Part shown: positions 37,270-51,539 of the stretch, in pieces | Position numbering within the stretch: position 1 is the first letter of the stretch | Layout: each line of letters starts with the position of its first letter | Assembly: GCF_036365525.1 (NCBI RefSeq) | Contig: NC_090404.1 | Span: 4,464,001-4,528,000, forward strand | Reading direction: 5' to 3' | Length of the DNA stretch: 64,000 nucleotides | From: Heterodontus francisci | Lineage: Eukaryota | Position numbers and translations under genes: made by a program | Notes under the pieces: model-generated | The model's input: the letters and a program-made list of their open reading frames with translations, nothing else | What the model was told of the DNA's origin: nothing | Databases searched by the model: none

Positions 37270-39910
37270 ATAAGAAATAGGAGCAGGAGTCGGTCATTCA
37301 GCCCCTCGAGCTCGCTTTGCTGTTCAATCAGATTATGGCTGATCTGCTCATGACCTTAACTCCACTTTCCTGCCTGTCCACCATAACCCTTGACTCTCTT
37401 ATAGATCAAAAATTTGTCTAACTCACCTTTGAATATATACAATGACCCAGCTTCCACTGCCCTCTGGGGAAGAGAATTCCAACCACTAACGACCCTCTGA
37501 GAGAAGAAATTCCTCTTCTTCCGTCTTAAATGGGAGACCCCTTATTTAGAGACTGTGCCCCCGAGTTCTAGATTCCCCATGAGGGGAAACATCCGCTCCA
37601 CAGCTACCCTTTCAAACCCCCTCAGAATCTTATATGTTTCAATAAGGTCATCTCTTATTCTTCCAAACTCCAATGAGTATAGGCCCAACCTCCTAAACCA
37701 TTTCTCATACGACAGCTCTTCATCCCAGTCACTGGACTAGTGATCTTGATGCCCAGCATAGTGCTCTGAGGACATGGGTTGGAATCCCACCACGGCAGAT
37801 GGTGAAATTTGAATTCAATTAATAAACCTGGAATTGTAAATACTAGTCTAATGTTGACCATGAAACCATGTCGGTTGTTTTAAAACCCCATCTGGTTCAC
37901 TCATGTCCTTTCGAGAAGGAAATCTGACGTCCTTGCCTTGTTCGGCCTACATGTGACTGAAGACCCAGAGCAATGTGGTTGAATCTTAAAATGCCCTCTG
38001 AAATGGCCTAGCAAGCCATCCAGTTCAAGGGCAAGTAAAGATGGGCAATAAATGTTCCCCTAGCCAGCGATGCCCATATCCCATGAACAAATAAAAGAAA
38101 GGGAATCGGCCTAGTGAAACTTCTCTGAACTGCTTCCAATGCAGGTACATCCCTCCTTATGTAAGAAGACCAAAACTGTACCAATGCCCTGTACAGTTGC
38201 AGCTAAAGTTCCCTACTTTTATACACCACCTTCCTTGCAATAAACACCAACATTCCATTAGCCTTCCTTATTACTTGCTGTACCTGCATGCTAACTTTTT
38301 GTGATGTATGTACATGGATACCCAGATCCCTCTGTACCACACCATTCTGCAGTCTCTCTCCCTGTAAATATTATTCTGCTTTTCTATCCTCCTGCATTAT
38401 ACTCCATCTGCCAATTTCCTGCCCAGTCTCTTAACCTATCTATATCTCTTTGCTGACAGTTTGTGTCTTCCTTACAACTTGCTTTCCGAACAATTGTCCA
38501 GAAATTTGACTACATACACTTGGTCCTTTCATCCAAGTCATAAATATAGATTGTAAATAGTTGAGGCCCAAGCACTGATCCCTGTGGCAGTCCACTAGTT
38601 ATGGTTTGCCAACCTGAAAATGTGCCATTTACACTGTCTCTCTGCTTCTGTTAATTATCCAATCTTCTATGTATGCGAACATATTACCCCCAACACCATG
38701 AGCTCTTATCTTGTGTAATAAACTTTTTTGTGGCAGCTTATCGAACGCCTTTTGGAAATCCAAAAACACAACATCTGTTGGTTCCATATTATACACCCTG
38801 CTTGTTACATCGTCAAAGCACTGTAATAAATTTGCCAAATACAATTTCCTTTTCATAAACCATGTTGACTCTACCTTGTTGCATGATGGAGTCATAGAGT
38901 CATAACGGTACAGGAGGAGGCCATTCAGCCCACCGAGTCCATGCTGGCTCTCTGCAGAGCAATCCAATCAATCCTATTCACCAGTTCTATCTCTGTAGCC
39001 CGGAAAATGTATTTCTCTCAAGTGCTCATCCAATTTCCTATTGAAATCATTCATCATCTCTGATTCCACACTCTCGTGGGCAACAATTTCCAGGTCATTA
39101 CCACTCGATGTATAAAGCAGTTCTTCCTCATATACCCACTGCATCTGATGCCAAAAACCTTAAAATTGTATCCTCTAATCCTTGCACCATCAGCGAATGG
39201 GAACAGATTTGCTTTATCTACTCTATCCAAACATGTCATAATCTTGCATACCTCTATCAAATCTCTCCTCAGTCGCCTTTGCTCCAAGAAGAACAACACC
39301 AGATTCTCCAACCTAACCTTGTGGCTAACATTCCTCATCTCTGGGGCCATTCTGATAAATCTCCTCTGCACCCTCACATCCTTCCTCAGTGTGGTGACCA
39401 ATACTCGATGCAATACTTTAGTTGTGGCCTAACCCGAGCTTTACAGAGGCTCAGCATACCTTCCCTGCCTTTGTGCTCAATACTTCTATTTTTGAAGCCC
39501 AAGATCGCATATGCTTTGTTAACTCCTCTCTTGCTATGTCCTGCTCCCTTCAAAGATCTATACACATGAACCTCCAGTTCCCTCTGCCCCTCTACACTCA
39601 TTGGAACTGTAACATTTGGTCTATACTGCCTCGGCTTACCCCTTTTGTCAAAATGCATCGCCTCACATATCTCTGTAATAACTTCCATCTGCCACTTGCC
39701 TGTCGGTTATAATTGCCTATCTATGTACTTTTGCAGTTGATTTGTATCATCCTCATTGTCTGCCAAATGATATTCTAAATGACCTGTTTCTATATCCTTA
39801 ATCATGAATTCTTGCATTTTTCCAATGACACATGTTCGGCTAACCTGGCTATAGTTCCCTGCTTTCTGTCAACTTCTTTCTTGAATCGAGGTGTTACATT
39901 TGCCTTTTTC
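37270..39910 (-). mobile_element. Nested CR1 fragments with a plus-strand SINE at 37730-38095
   Basis: DFQKAFDKLP, QRRLRRDLIEV and YCIEYWSPH motifs in several stacked fragments. Confidence 0.8.
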
Positions 39911-39912
39911 CC

Positions 39913-39976
<64 letters not shown>

Positions 39977-41958
39977 GCTGTCTATCTATCTATCTTTGTA
40001 AGAGATGTTTTACAGTGCAGCAATAAATAATATAGGACCTGGTGTAACATAAAAAGACACAGGAGAGAATGCAGTCTTGACTGAGACAGGGCTGTGGGTA
40101 ATATAATTTGAGACTGGGCCTTGTGCAGTAATAACTGAGACATTGCCGAGTGTAAAATAACCAGATACATGGTCTAGCCGAGTAATAATCTGGACATGTT
40201 CTAGTGTAATATAAGCAAGGACTGGGGGCAGCCTAGTGGAATATAAACCAAAACAAGGTCATTTAAATAAAAAGTATGTGAGGGCCTTGTGTAATGTAAC
40301 CAGACACATGTTCTCGAGTAATAGCGATATAAACAGTCAATTTTATTGCAAACAGAAACACCAGTTAATATAGCAAGAACTGAGAGAGGGCCAAGTGAAG
40401 CTAATAAAGCTGCATGACCTCAAATAAAATAAACGAAGAGAGATTTTTACTTCAAAATCCTTCCTAATAGCAGTGTGGGTGTACCTACTCCACAGGGACT
40501 GCAGCGGTTCAAGAAAGCAGCTCACTATCACCTTCTCAAGGGCAATTATGGATAGGCAATTAATGCTGGCCTGGCCAGCGACACCCACAACCCAGTAAAC
40601 GAATAAATAAAATAGACTTTCACTGCCATCCGCTGGCCAGACATTGCCATTGCTCCTACTGTGAAAATGTCAATGTCGCTTACTGTTTCTGCAGTAATGT
40701 ATCAAGAAACAACTCAACCAATTCCAGATGAACGTGGCCGATTTGTGCCTCGATACATCAGGAACATTGCAAATCGGTTGAATTCCAGTTAATGTATTTT
40801 TGTTGATCTTGGTTCAAGGGAGGAGTGTTGACCAGGACACAGTGTGGAACTTTGGGACTTTTAATGTCCACCTCAACAAAAAAGGGGTGGGGGAGAGATT
40901 ATTGTTTCAAAATGTCCCTGGAATGATATTGCCCTTTCATTAATGGACCCATTGGAAGCCTGGTTAATATACTCAGTTTCTGAAGCTGACATGGAATCCA
41001 CAAATTACTGATTCTGAAATCAGAGTCAAGTTGTGTTACCCAAGTTGCTGCTGAAATGTTTCCTGTGTCCAGGTGACATTTTATATCAACATTGGGTAAT
41101 ACCATTGCTGTTGCGCTTCCGTATACTGATATCACAAATAGCAACTTCTGGATTACAATTACAAAACTTTTGATTGATAGAATTGAAATTCATTGAATCA
41201 TGGAATCTGACAGCACAGAAGGAGGCCATTCGGCCCATCGTGGCGGCTGCTTGAAAGAGCTATCCAATCAGTTCCATTCTCCTGGTCTTTCTCCAAAGTC
41301 CTGAAAATCTTTCCTTTTCATGTAATTATACAATACACTTTTGAAAGTTACAATTGAAAGTGGTTACACCAACCTTTCAGGTAATTCATTCCAGCTGATA
41401 ACAACTCGCTGAACTTTTAAATAAAACTCCTCATCTTCTCCCTTCTTCATTTTCCATTGATTCTAAATCTGTGTCCTCTCGTTATCAACATTCCTGCCAG
41501 CGGAAAATTTGTCATGGATATTTTTCCGTGCGATTTGGGTGGTTTGGAACGGGGAAATGTTTGTTCGAATGAGTGAGTTCAGAGGATTCAGTATTTCACC
41601 TTCTTCCTCAGCACCTGAGGCCAAGAAGTTAGATGTTGATGTAGTGTAGCTGATATCAGCTTTGCCTGACACGGGAAAGGTCCCTGGTCACTTGGGAAAC
41701 ATTTCATTCAGTTTGTGACAGGATGTTGCTGGTTTACTAACAGTAATGTAAACTATTATCATTCGCCTGACAGATGAACTGTCTTGTGATAAAAGCAGAA
41801 AGCACTGCAAACACTCAGCAGGTCTGGCAGCATCTGTGGAGAGAGTAGCAGAGCTAAATTTTCAGGTCTGTGACCTTAACTCAGAACACAGATCAGCACT
41901 TTCTATTTTCATTTCAGACTTCCATCATCGGCAGTTTTTCCTTTTATTGAACGCTTGC

Positions 41959-42029
41959 TTCCCTGGTCAGGAAACAAACCCGGCCGTGGCGGCAGGAACT
42001 CCCAATTCTAACCACTAGACCATCAAGGA
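41959..42029 (-). pseudogene. tRNA-Glu-derived pseudogene
   Basis: Minus strand TCCTTGATGGTCTAGTGGTTAGAATT...GGCCGGGTTTGTTTCCTGACCAGGGAA aligns end to end with vertebrate tRNA-Glu. Anticodon arm and T-loop are degenerate. Confidence 0.75.
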
Positions 42030-42839
42030 ACAGGATCTGCGACCTCCGGAGCCATTGTTGATATAATTGAAGGTATCGGTGTGAATTTCTTAATTTAATT
42101 TGTGCTGGATGCAAAACCATCTCATAACGCTGCTGCTTCCAGATCTATTTAAATGTGTTTGTATATTTCGTTCACGTTTCGAGTCAGTCTGTCTTCATTC
42201 TGAAAGTACTTTCTGTCTGTTTATTTCCCTCTTACTTTTCATTTACACCTAAATATTATCACGGTCTTGTGTTTTATTTCTCTCTTTGGGAAATATTGTG
42301 CTGTTCCTTTAAGACTGTCAAAGATCAGTGCAACTTTCAGGCAGTAAGTTCCGGAGGGTCAGTGAGCCAGGGTGCATTCTGATTGCCAAACAGCAGCCAC
42401 AGAGAAAGAGAGGACACGAGATTCAATGTTACAGGTTAGACTTTTAAAATTAGCCGAACAACTGTCAGAAGCGGAGCTCTGAGACAATTTAAACTGAAAA
42501 AAACTGTTATTTCTCTCTCAAAGTTCGACAAAGAGTCAAGCCGAATTAATTCTATAAAAAATAAGAAAAGGCTTCTTCTTTCACAGCAAGTTATTGATAT
42601 CTGCTGTGTTCATCGCTGGAAAAAAAGAAGAGGTTAATGCAACAACTGCCGAACTGCTGAACCTTTATATTTGAGGTATCCTTTTTCTCATGGGACCATG
42701 GAAGACTGCAAGTGAACTTTGACTGTAGTGTATTGGAAGACCATTCGTAAGAATCGTAACTTACAGAGACTTGTTTATTTGTTCTATTTCTGAGAGGAAG
42801 ATACACTTACAAATCAACAATCTTTTAAAACCGAGCTTC

Positions 42840-45385
42840 TAGAATCATAGAGTGATAGAGCACAGAAACAGGCTCTTCGGCCCATCCTGTCCATGCCGGC
42901 CATCAAGCACCTATCCATTCCAATCCTATTTCCCACCATATGGCCCATAGCCTTGTATGCTCTGGCGTTTCAAGTGCTCATCAAAATACTTCGCAAATGT
43001 TGTGAGGGTTCATGCCTCCACCAAAATTTCAGGCACTGTGTTCCAGATTCCAACCACACTCTGGGTGGTTTGTTTTCCTCAAATCCCCTCCAAGCCTCCT
43101 GCCCCTTATCTTTAATCAATTCCCACTGGTTATTGACACCTCTGCTGAGGGAAATCGTTTCTTCCTATCTACCCAAACTATGCCCCTCATAATTTTCTAC
43201 CCCTCAATCAGGACCCCGCTCAGACTTCCCTGCGCTTAGGAAAACAACCCTAGCCTATCCAATCGCTCTTCACTGCTCAAATGCTCCAGCTCAGGCAACA
43301 TCCTGGTGAGGCTCCTCTGCACCCTCTCCAGTGCAATCACATCCTTCCGATAGTGTGGCGACCAGAAGTGTACAGAGTACTCCAGCTGTGGCCTAAATAG
43401 TGTTTTATACAACTCCATCATAACTTCCCTGCTCTTATATTCTATGCCTCGCATAATATAGGCAAATATCCCAAATGCCTTCCTAACCAACTTATCTACC
43501 TGTGCTGCTGCCTTCAGTGATACATGGACAAGTCCGCCAGGCCCTTGTGACTCTCTGTACTTCCTAGGGACCAACGACACATTGCATATTCCCCTGCCTT
43601 GATAGTCCTCCCAAAATGCATCGCCTCACACTTCTCAGGATTAAATTATATTTGCCACTGCTCCGCTCATCTTATCAGCCCATATATATCGTCCTGTAAT
43701 CTAATGCTATCCTCCTCACTATTTACAACACCACCAATTTTCGTGTCATCTACAAATTTACTGATCATACCTCCTATATTCACGTCTAAATCATTAATGT
43801 ACACCACAAACAGCAAGGGTCCCAGCCCCGATTCCTGTGGTACACCACTGGTCACAGGCTCCCAATCGCAAAAGCAACCCGCAGCCACCACCCTCTGCCT
43901 CTTGTCACTAAACCAATCTTGGATCCAATTTGCCAAATTATCCTGGATCCCATGGGCTCTTATCTTCTTTCCCAATCTCCCTAGCGGGACCTTATCAAAA
44001 GACTTACTGTAGCCCATGTAGACTACATCAACTGCTTTACCCTCATCTACACACCTAGTGACCTCCCAGAAAAATTCAATCAAATTTGTTAGACACAATC
44101 TCCCTCTGACAAATCCATGCTGACTATCCCTTATTAATCACTGCCTCTCCAAGTGTAGTTTAATCCTGTACATCAGAACACTTTCCAAATGTTTCCCAAC
44201 GACTGGTGATGGACTCACTTGCCTGTAAGTACCTAGTTTATCCCTACTTCCCTTCTTGAATAATGATACCTCATTCAATGTCCCCCAGTCCTCCAGCACT
44301 TCTCCTGTGGCCAGAGAGGTTTTGAAAATTTGTGTCAGAGCCCCAGTAATCTCCTCGCTTGTCTCACAAATCAGCCTGGGATACATCTCATCTGGGTTTG
44401 GAGATTTATCCACTTTTAAGCCCACTAAAACCGTTCATACCTCCTCCCTTTCAATGCTAATTTGTTCAAGTACATCACAATCCCCCTCCCTGATCTTTTC
44501 ACCTTCATCGTCCTTTTCCAATGTGAACACAGATGAAAAGTAATCATTTAAAACCTCACCTACATCTTCCAGCTCCACACACAGATTGCTGCTTTGGTCC
44601 TTAATGGGCACTACTCGTTCCCTGATTATTCTATTGCCATAAATATACATATAAAACACTTTGGGATATTCCTTTATCTTGCCCACCCGTGTGTTTTTCA
44701 TGCCGCCTCTTGCCTCTCCAATTTTTTTTTCACTGCACCCCGACACTTCCTCTCCTCCTCGATGGCCTCCACAGCTTTCAGCTCTCTGAATCTGCCGTAG
44801 GGATCCTTTTGTTTTCCTTATTGAATCCTCTATATCACTTGACATCTTGGATTCCCTAGATTTATTGGTCCTACCCTTTCCCTTTACTAGAATATGTTGG
44901 CTCTGAACTCTCACTATTTCCTTTTTGAATGACTCTGATATATACTTTTCTGAAAGTAGCTGATCCCAGTCCAATTTGACCAGGTCCTGTTCTATAATAT
45001 TTGAAAGCGGCCTTCCCCCAATGCAGTACCATTTATTCCGGTCCATCTTAGTCATTTTCCATAACTACCTTAAATCTTACAGAGTCCTATTCCCGAAATG
45101 CTTCCCCACTGACGCTTCTACCAATTTGCCGGCTTCATTTTCGAAGCGCAGATCCTGTATGGCCCTTTCTCTTGTAGGACGTTCTACGTGCTGGCTAACA
45201 AAGATCTCACAGATGCACTTTAAGAATTACGCCCCCTTTAAACCTTTTTCACTCAGACTATCTCAGCTAATATTGTGGAAGTTGAAATACCCTACTATTA
45301 TTACCCTATTATTTTTACACCTCTCTGAGATTTGCTGACATATCTGCTCCTTTATCTCTCCGTGGCTGTTTGGAGGCCTGGAGTG
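42840..45385 (-). mobile_element. CR1 LINE ORF2, 5'-truncated, same family as 33.4-36.8 kb
   Basis: RT motifs, collinear with the 33.4-36.0 kb copy. Confidence 0.92.
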
Positions 45386-45559
45386 CACTTGGGGGTACTC
45401 ATTCAAGGAATGCACAAAATTAATATGCAAGTGCAGCAGGCGATTAGGAAGGCAAATGGAATGTTGGCCTTTATTACAAGGAGGTCGAAATACAGGAAGA
45501 AAGAAGTCTTACTGAAACACTGTCTGCATTTTTGGTCTCCACATTTAAGAAAGGAATTT

Positions 45560-46940
45560 TTTATTCGTTACATGGGATGTGGGCGTCGCTGACCAGGCCA
45601 GCATTTATTGCCCATCCCTAATTGCCCTTGAGAAGGTGGTGGCGAGATGCCTTCTTCAACTGCTGCAGTCCATGCGGGTGTAGGTACCCACAGTGCTATG
45701 AGGAAGGGAGTTCCAGGTTTTGACGCAGCAACAGTGAAGGAACAGCGATATAGTTCGAAGTCAGGGTGGTGTGCGGCTTGGAGGGGATCTTGCAGGTGGT
45801 GGTGTTCCCAACCATTGCTGCCCTTGTCCTTCTAGGTGGTAGAGGTCGCGGGTTTGAAAGGTGCTGACGAATGAGCCTTGGTGCATTGCTGCAGTGCATC
45901 TTGTAGATGGCACACACTGCTGCCACTGTGCGTCGGTGGTGAAGCGAGTGAATGTTTGTGGATGGGGTACCAATCAAGCCGGTTGCTTTGTCCTTGATGG
46001 TGTCCAGCTTCTTGAATGTTGTTGGAGCTACATCCATCCAGGCAAGTGGAGAGTCTTCCCTCACACTCCTGACTTGTGCCTTGTAGATGGCAGACAGGCT
46101 TTGGGGAGTCAGGAGGTGAGTTACTCGCCGCAGGATGCCTAGCCTCTGACCTGCATTTGTGGTCACGGCTACTCCTGTATGTTTCTGATCAATGTTCACC
46201 CTCAAGATGTTGATAGTGGGGGATTCGGCGATCGCAATGCCATTGAATGTCAAGGGGAGATGGTTAGATTCTCTTTTGATGAAGATGGTCATTGCCTGGC
46301 ATGTCGGTGGTGTGAACGTTGCTTGCCACTTATCAGTCCTCACTGGATATTGTCCAGGTCTGGCTGTATTTCTACACGGGATGCTTCAGTATATGAGGAG
46401 TTGCGAATGGTGCTGAATATTGTGTAATCATCAGCTAACATCCCCACTTCTGACCTTACGTTTGAAGGAAGGTCATTGATGCAGCAGCTTAAGATGGTTG
46501 GGCCAAGGACACTACCCTGAGGAACTCCTGCAATGATGTCCTGCAGCTGAGAATTTTGACCTCCAACAACCACAGCCATCGTCCTTTGCACTAGGTATGA
46601 TTCCAACCAGTGGAAAAGTTTCCCCCTGATTCCCATTGATTCCAGTTTTACTTGGGCTCCTTGGTGTCGTTCTCGGTCAAATGTTGCCTTGATGTCAAGG
46701 GCAGTCACTCTCACCTCACCTCGAGAGTTCAGTTCTTTTGTCCATGTTTGAACCAAGGCTGTAATGAGGTCAAGAACTGAGTGGCCCTGGCGGAACCCAA
46801 ACTGAGCGTCACTGAGCAGGTTATTGCTGAGCAAGTGCCGCTTGATGGCACTGTCGGGGACACCTTCCATCACTTTACTGATCATCGAGAGTGGACTGAT
46901 GGTGCAGTAATTGGCCGGCTTGGATTTGCCCTGCTTTTTG
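45560..46940 (-). mobile_element. Non-LTR retrotransposon RT and 3' end (second CR1/L2-like family)
   Basis: [19 protein letters not shown] and LADD motifs; tail shared with the SINEs. Confidence 0.88.
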
Positions 46941-47159
46941 GGGAGGCGGTGCCGTCGAGGCATTGTCAATGCACTAGTAATCCAGAAACGCAGGGTATTC
47001 CCTTCAGGGAAGGAGTTCGAATCCCACCATGGCAGAAAGTGGACTAAAAGCAAAATACTGCGGATGCTCGAAATCTGAAATAAAAACAAGAAATGCTGGA
47101 ACCACTCAGCAGGTCGGGCAGCATCTGTGGAGAGAGTAGCAGAGTTAACGTTAAGGGAC

Positions 47160-49860
47160 ACTGACTATGATGAGAGGTTGAGTAAATTGGCCGATATTCT
47201 CTGGAGTTTAGAAGAATGTGAGGTCTTCTAATTGACAGGGTAGAACTGAGAGATGGTTTTCACTGGTCAGGGAATGCAGAAAACTGGGACACAGCCTTCG
47301 GATAAGGGGCCAATCATTCAGGCGTCTGATGAGGAGAAATTACTACACTCAAAGCTTTGTGAATGTTTGGAATTCTCTGCCACAGAGGGTTGTGGATGCT
47401 CCATTATTGCATACATTTAAGGCTGAGATAGATAGTTGTTTGGCTTCGCAATGATTCAAAGGGTATGGGGAGTGGTAGGAAAGTGGCGTTGAAGCCCAAG
47501 ATCAGCCATGATCGTTTTAAATGGCGGAGCAGTCTCGATGGACCATATGATCTACTTCTGCTCCTATTGCTTGTGTTCTTGTGGGAGCTCCCTTGGGCAG
47601 TGGTATTTGGCAAATAACCCTCTGGCTGGGTAATCTTTTGCAAGTTTCGATTGGATGCTGCTTTAATGCAACTGATGCATTTAAAACTTGCCTCCTCTCA
47701 ACTGAATAGAATTCCGCAAGTGTTGTTGTCGAGAGTTGTCGACATTTGCAATTTCAGTGAGATCTTTGTTTCACAGCAGAGGCTGTTTATCGGTGTGACA
47801 GCGCCCTCTGGTGAGCACTAATCGGAACTCTCATTCTGGAGTTTTTGACGAGAACATCGGAGCAGGAGCAGGCCAAACAGCCAATCGAGCCGACTCCGCC
47901 ATTCAACACGATCTTGGCAGATCATTCACTTCAACGACTTTTCCCACGCTATCTCCCCTTTATGCCATTGACGTCTAGAAATCATGTTAATGATTGCTTT
48001 AAATATCCTCATTGACTGAGTTTCCACAAACCTATGGGGTAGAGAATTCCAAAGATTCACAACCCTCTGAGTAATGACATTTCTCCTCATCTCTGCCTGA
48101 AGTGGTTTCACCCTTATTTTGAAATTGTGCCCCCTGGTTCTAGATCCCCCAACAAGGGGAAACATCTGCCCTGTCCATCCCCTGAAGTATTTTGTAGGTG
48201 ACAATGAGATCATTTCTCATTCTTCGAAACTCTAGAGAATACAGGCCCAGGTTCCCCACTCTCTTTTCATAAGGCAGTCCTGCCATCCCGGGAGCAAGCC
48301 TGGTGAGCTTCGTTGCACTCTCTCTTTGGTAATAATATCCTTCCTCAGTAAGGGAACCAAAACGGCACACAATCCTGCAGGTGCTGTTTAACCGAGGTTC
48401 TGGACAATTGAAGCCAGACTTCACTAGTCCCGTACTCAAAACCTCTTGCAAAAAAATCTAACATATCATCAGCCTTCCTAATTGCTTGTTGCACCTGCAT
48501 GTTCACTTTCAATGACTTATTGACGAGGACACCCAGGTCTCTTTTACATCTGCTTTTATTTTAGAGATACAGCACTGAAACAGGCCCTTCGGCCCACCGA
48601 GTCTGTGCGGACCATCAACCACCCATTTATACTAATGCTACACTAATCCCATAATTCCACCACATCCCCACCTGTCCCTATATTTCCCGACCACCTACCT
48701 ACACTAGGGGCAATTGCTAATGGCCAATTTACCTGTCAACCTGCAAGTCTTTGGCATGTGGGAGGAAACCGGAGCAGCCGGAGGAAACCCACACAAACAC
48801 AGGGAGAACTTGCAAACTCCGCACAGGCAGTACCCAGAATTGAACCCGGGTTGCTGGAGCTGTGAGGCTGCGGTGCTAACCACTGCATTATTTAATCTCT
48901 TACTATTTAAGAAATACTCTGCACATCTATTCCTCCTAGCAAAGTGAATAACCTCACATTTTTCCACATTATGTCCATCTGCCACGTTCTTGCCCACTCA
49001 CTAGGTCTCTCCAAATCCCCTTGAAGCCGCTTTGCATCTTCCTCACAACAGACATTCCCGTCTTGTTTTGTGTCATCCACGAACTTTGAAATATTGCATT
49101 TGGTTCCCATATCTAAATCATTGACATATATTGTGAACAGCTGGAGCCTAAATACTGATACTCGCGGTACCTCACTGGTCACAGCCTGCTAATGCGAGAA
49201 TTAGCCATTTATTACTACTCTCTGCTTTCAGCCTGTTAACAAATGCTTAAACTACTCCAGTATATATTACCTCCTATCGCATGTGCTTTCATTTTGCTGA
49301 CCAACCTCCTGTGGGGGACTTTATCAAAACGTTCTGAAAATCCAAAACACTGGGATACGAACATAGGAATTCGGAGCAGGAGTCGGCCACTCAGCCCCTC
49401 GAGCCTGCTACACCATTCAATAAGTTTATGGCTGAACTGATTATTGCACATTACCACCTACCCCCGATCATCTTTCACCCCCTTGCTTATCAAGAAGCTA
49501 TCTCCCTCCGCCTTAAACATATTAAAAGACTCTGCTTCCATTGCCTTCTGAGGAAGAGAGTTCCAAAGACCCACGACCCTCTGAGAGAACTGGGATGAGA
49601 GAGGGATATACAATATCAGGTCCCATGGACTTATCAGCATTTAGCCCTATTAATTTCTCCAATACAACCTTCTTACGAACACCAAATTCCTTCAATTACT
49701 CATTCTCCCTAGTCCCTTGAATCTCTAAAGATGGGAGATTTATTATACCTTCCTCAGTGAAGACTGACACAAAGTAAACATTTATCTTCTCTACCATTTC
49801 TCTATTCCCCATTTTAAATTCACTTGAATCTGCCTGTAATGGACCCACATTTGCCTTAGC
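47160..49860. mobile_element. Stack of CR1 fragments (47160-47580 plus; 47850-49860 minus) with a V-SINE at 48560-48886 (minus)
   Basis: RT motif remnants; V-SINE homologous to 13388-13690. Confidence 0.8.
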
Positions 49861-49893
49861 CTAACGAGTACGATGCATCCCTGAAGTAGTGCG

Positions 49894-50388
49894 GGGCTCA
49901 TGGCGCAGAAATGCAAGGTGATGTTGGAGATCAGGGCATTGCCAATCGCTAGCTCAGTAATCTTGGCATCTTTTGTCAGCATAGAAACAAACCAATTAAT
50001 GATGTTGGTGTTCCTGTGTACATTCCCTCCATTAAGATGAAGCATATACTGTGCCGGCTGCCCAGCGTGCTGACTGCACCAGTACATATAAGTGTGAGAA
50101 TCGTTTCTCTTTTCAAGCTACACAGTCGTGTGATGTTACTTTTCTCTTCAATTGTCATTTCAAGGACAGTCTGTTCAATTGTGTCTTGGTGGTTCAATTA
50201 TAAGAGAATATCAGAGTAATAGTCATGATTAGAAGCATTATCATCACCACCATCTCAATGAACATAATTATCATCATTTGACCAATAATGAAACCTAGGT
50301 TGCAGCAGGGAAAATGCATTTTTGCTTGAAAGGAAACATGACAGTAAAGTAATTTAATGATTATTAACAGTGGGAGCCTGTTCCATAT
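49894..50388 (-). pseudogene. TCR alpha/delta-type V pseudogene A (leader 50343-50388, V exon ~50199-49894)
   Basis: Leader (M>I)WNRLPLLIIIKLLY with a GT donor. V exon QDTIEQTVLEMTIEEKSNITRLCSLK/frameshift/YMYWCSQHAGQPAQYMLH...ITLHFCAMSP. Heptamer-like CGCACTA then 23 nt; nonamer replaced by LINE sequence. Confidence 0.75.
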
Positions 50389-50834
50389 GATGCTTTCTGA
50401 GTCTGTAACTCTGCAGTCTGGAAAATCCGCTGTCTGAGCGAACGCATTTCCTAACCCACTGACCTTCTAACGCAGCCAGTGCCAAACAGGGAACAGCGAC
50501 AGCAATTTCTCCATAAACACAGGGGCAGCAAGGCGGCTCAGAGCCAGAGCAACTGAAGTTTTGCGGGCGGGGCTGCCGCGGGGGCAGTGTTGACACATGG
50601 AGGATTCATTTGTAAGGAACTGAATTCATTCATAATGTCGCAATCTGAAATTGTATAACTCTGCCTGTCTCTAAGAGTTGTTTTACTTGCGTAATTATTG
50701 CACATTCGCTACAAGCAGGCTTGCGATATGAAAGACAGAATTATTATATTATTTACAAGTTACCAAAATCTTCATCAGTGAAGTGGGTTAAAACTCGGGT
50801 GGGAATGTAACGGTGGGAAATGGAATGAAATGGT

Positions 50835-51385
50835 AATAAAAGCAAAATACTGCAGATGTTGGAAATCTAATAGGACAAGGTCACAGAAAATAACTGAGCA
50901 GCAGGTCATGGACCAAAGGCAGCGGTATGTTAATGGTGTGGTCACATACAAGCGTTAGTGCAGAGAGGGTGCACATTGACAGAAAATGAACAGCCCTGAC
51001 CCCAAGCACAAGCATGAAAAAAACTGTGAGTAGGCACAATAGAAACAAACGAAGCAAATTAAAATAAAATAAAAGAAACAAATAACAAAGAAAAAAGAAA
51101 AAATAACTAAGAATAAAAATTAAAAGGTGGGTCCGTCATGCACTGAAATTTTTGAACTCAATGTTCAGTCCGGCAGGCTGTAGTGTGCCGAATCGGTAAC
51201 TGAGATGCTGTTCCTCGAGCTTGCGTTGACGTTCACTGGAACACTGCAGCAACCCCAGGACAGAGATGTGGGCATGAGAACAGGGGTTGTATTGAAATGG
51301 ACAGCAACCGGAAGCTCGGGGTCATGCTTTCGGACTGAGTGGAGGTGTTCTGCAAAGCGGTCACCCAATCTGCGTTTAGTCTCCT
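50835..51385 (-). mobile_element. Penelope-like element 3' fragment (GIY-YIG endonuclease and terminal repeat)
   Basis: ETKRRLGDRFAEHL..VRKHDPELPVAVHFN. Confidence 0.85.
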
Positions 51386-51539
51386 CGACATTGGGGACGG
51401 AAGTGGCTGTTCAGAGATGTAGAAATGGACGAGAGAAGAAATTCCAGCCGGTCTAATAACAACCCGGCGCTGTTTCTTCCTTTCCAGGTTCTGTAAGGTC
51501 GCAGTCTCTGTTTCTGAAGTTAAGACTGGAACCGCCGAG

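Noticed and set aside
42587-42675. Possible exon between ttcacAG and GTatcc
   Set aside because: All three frames contain stops and no recognisable domain.
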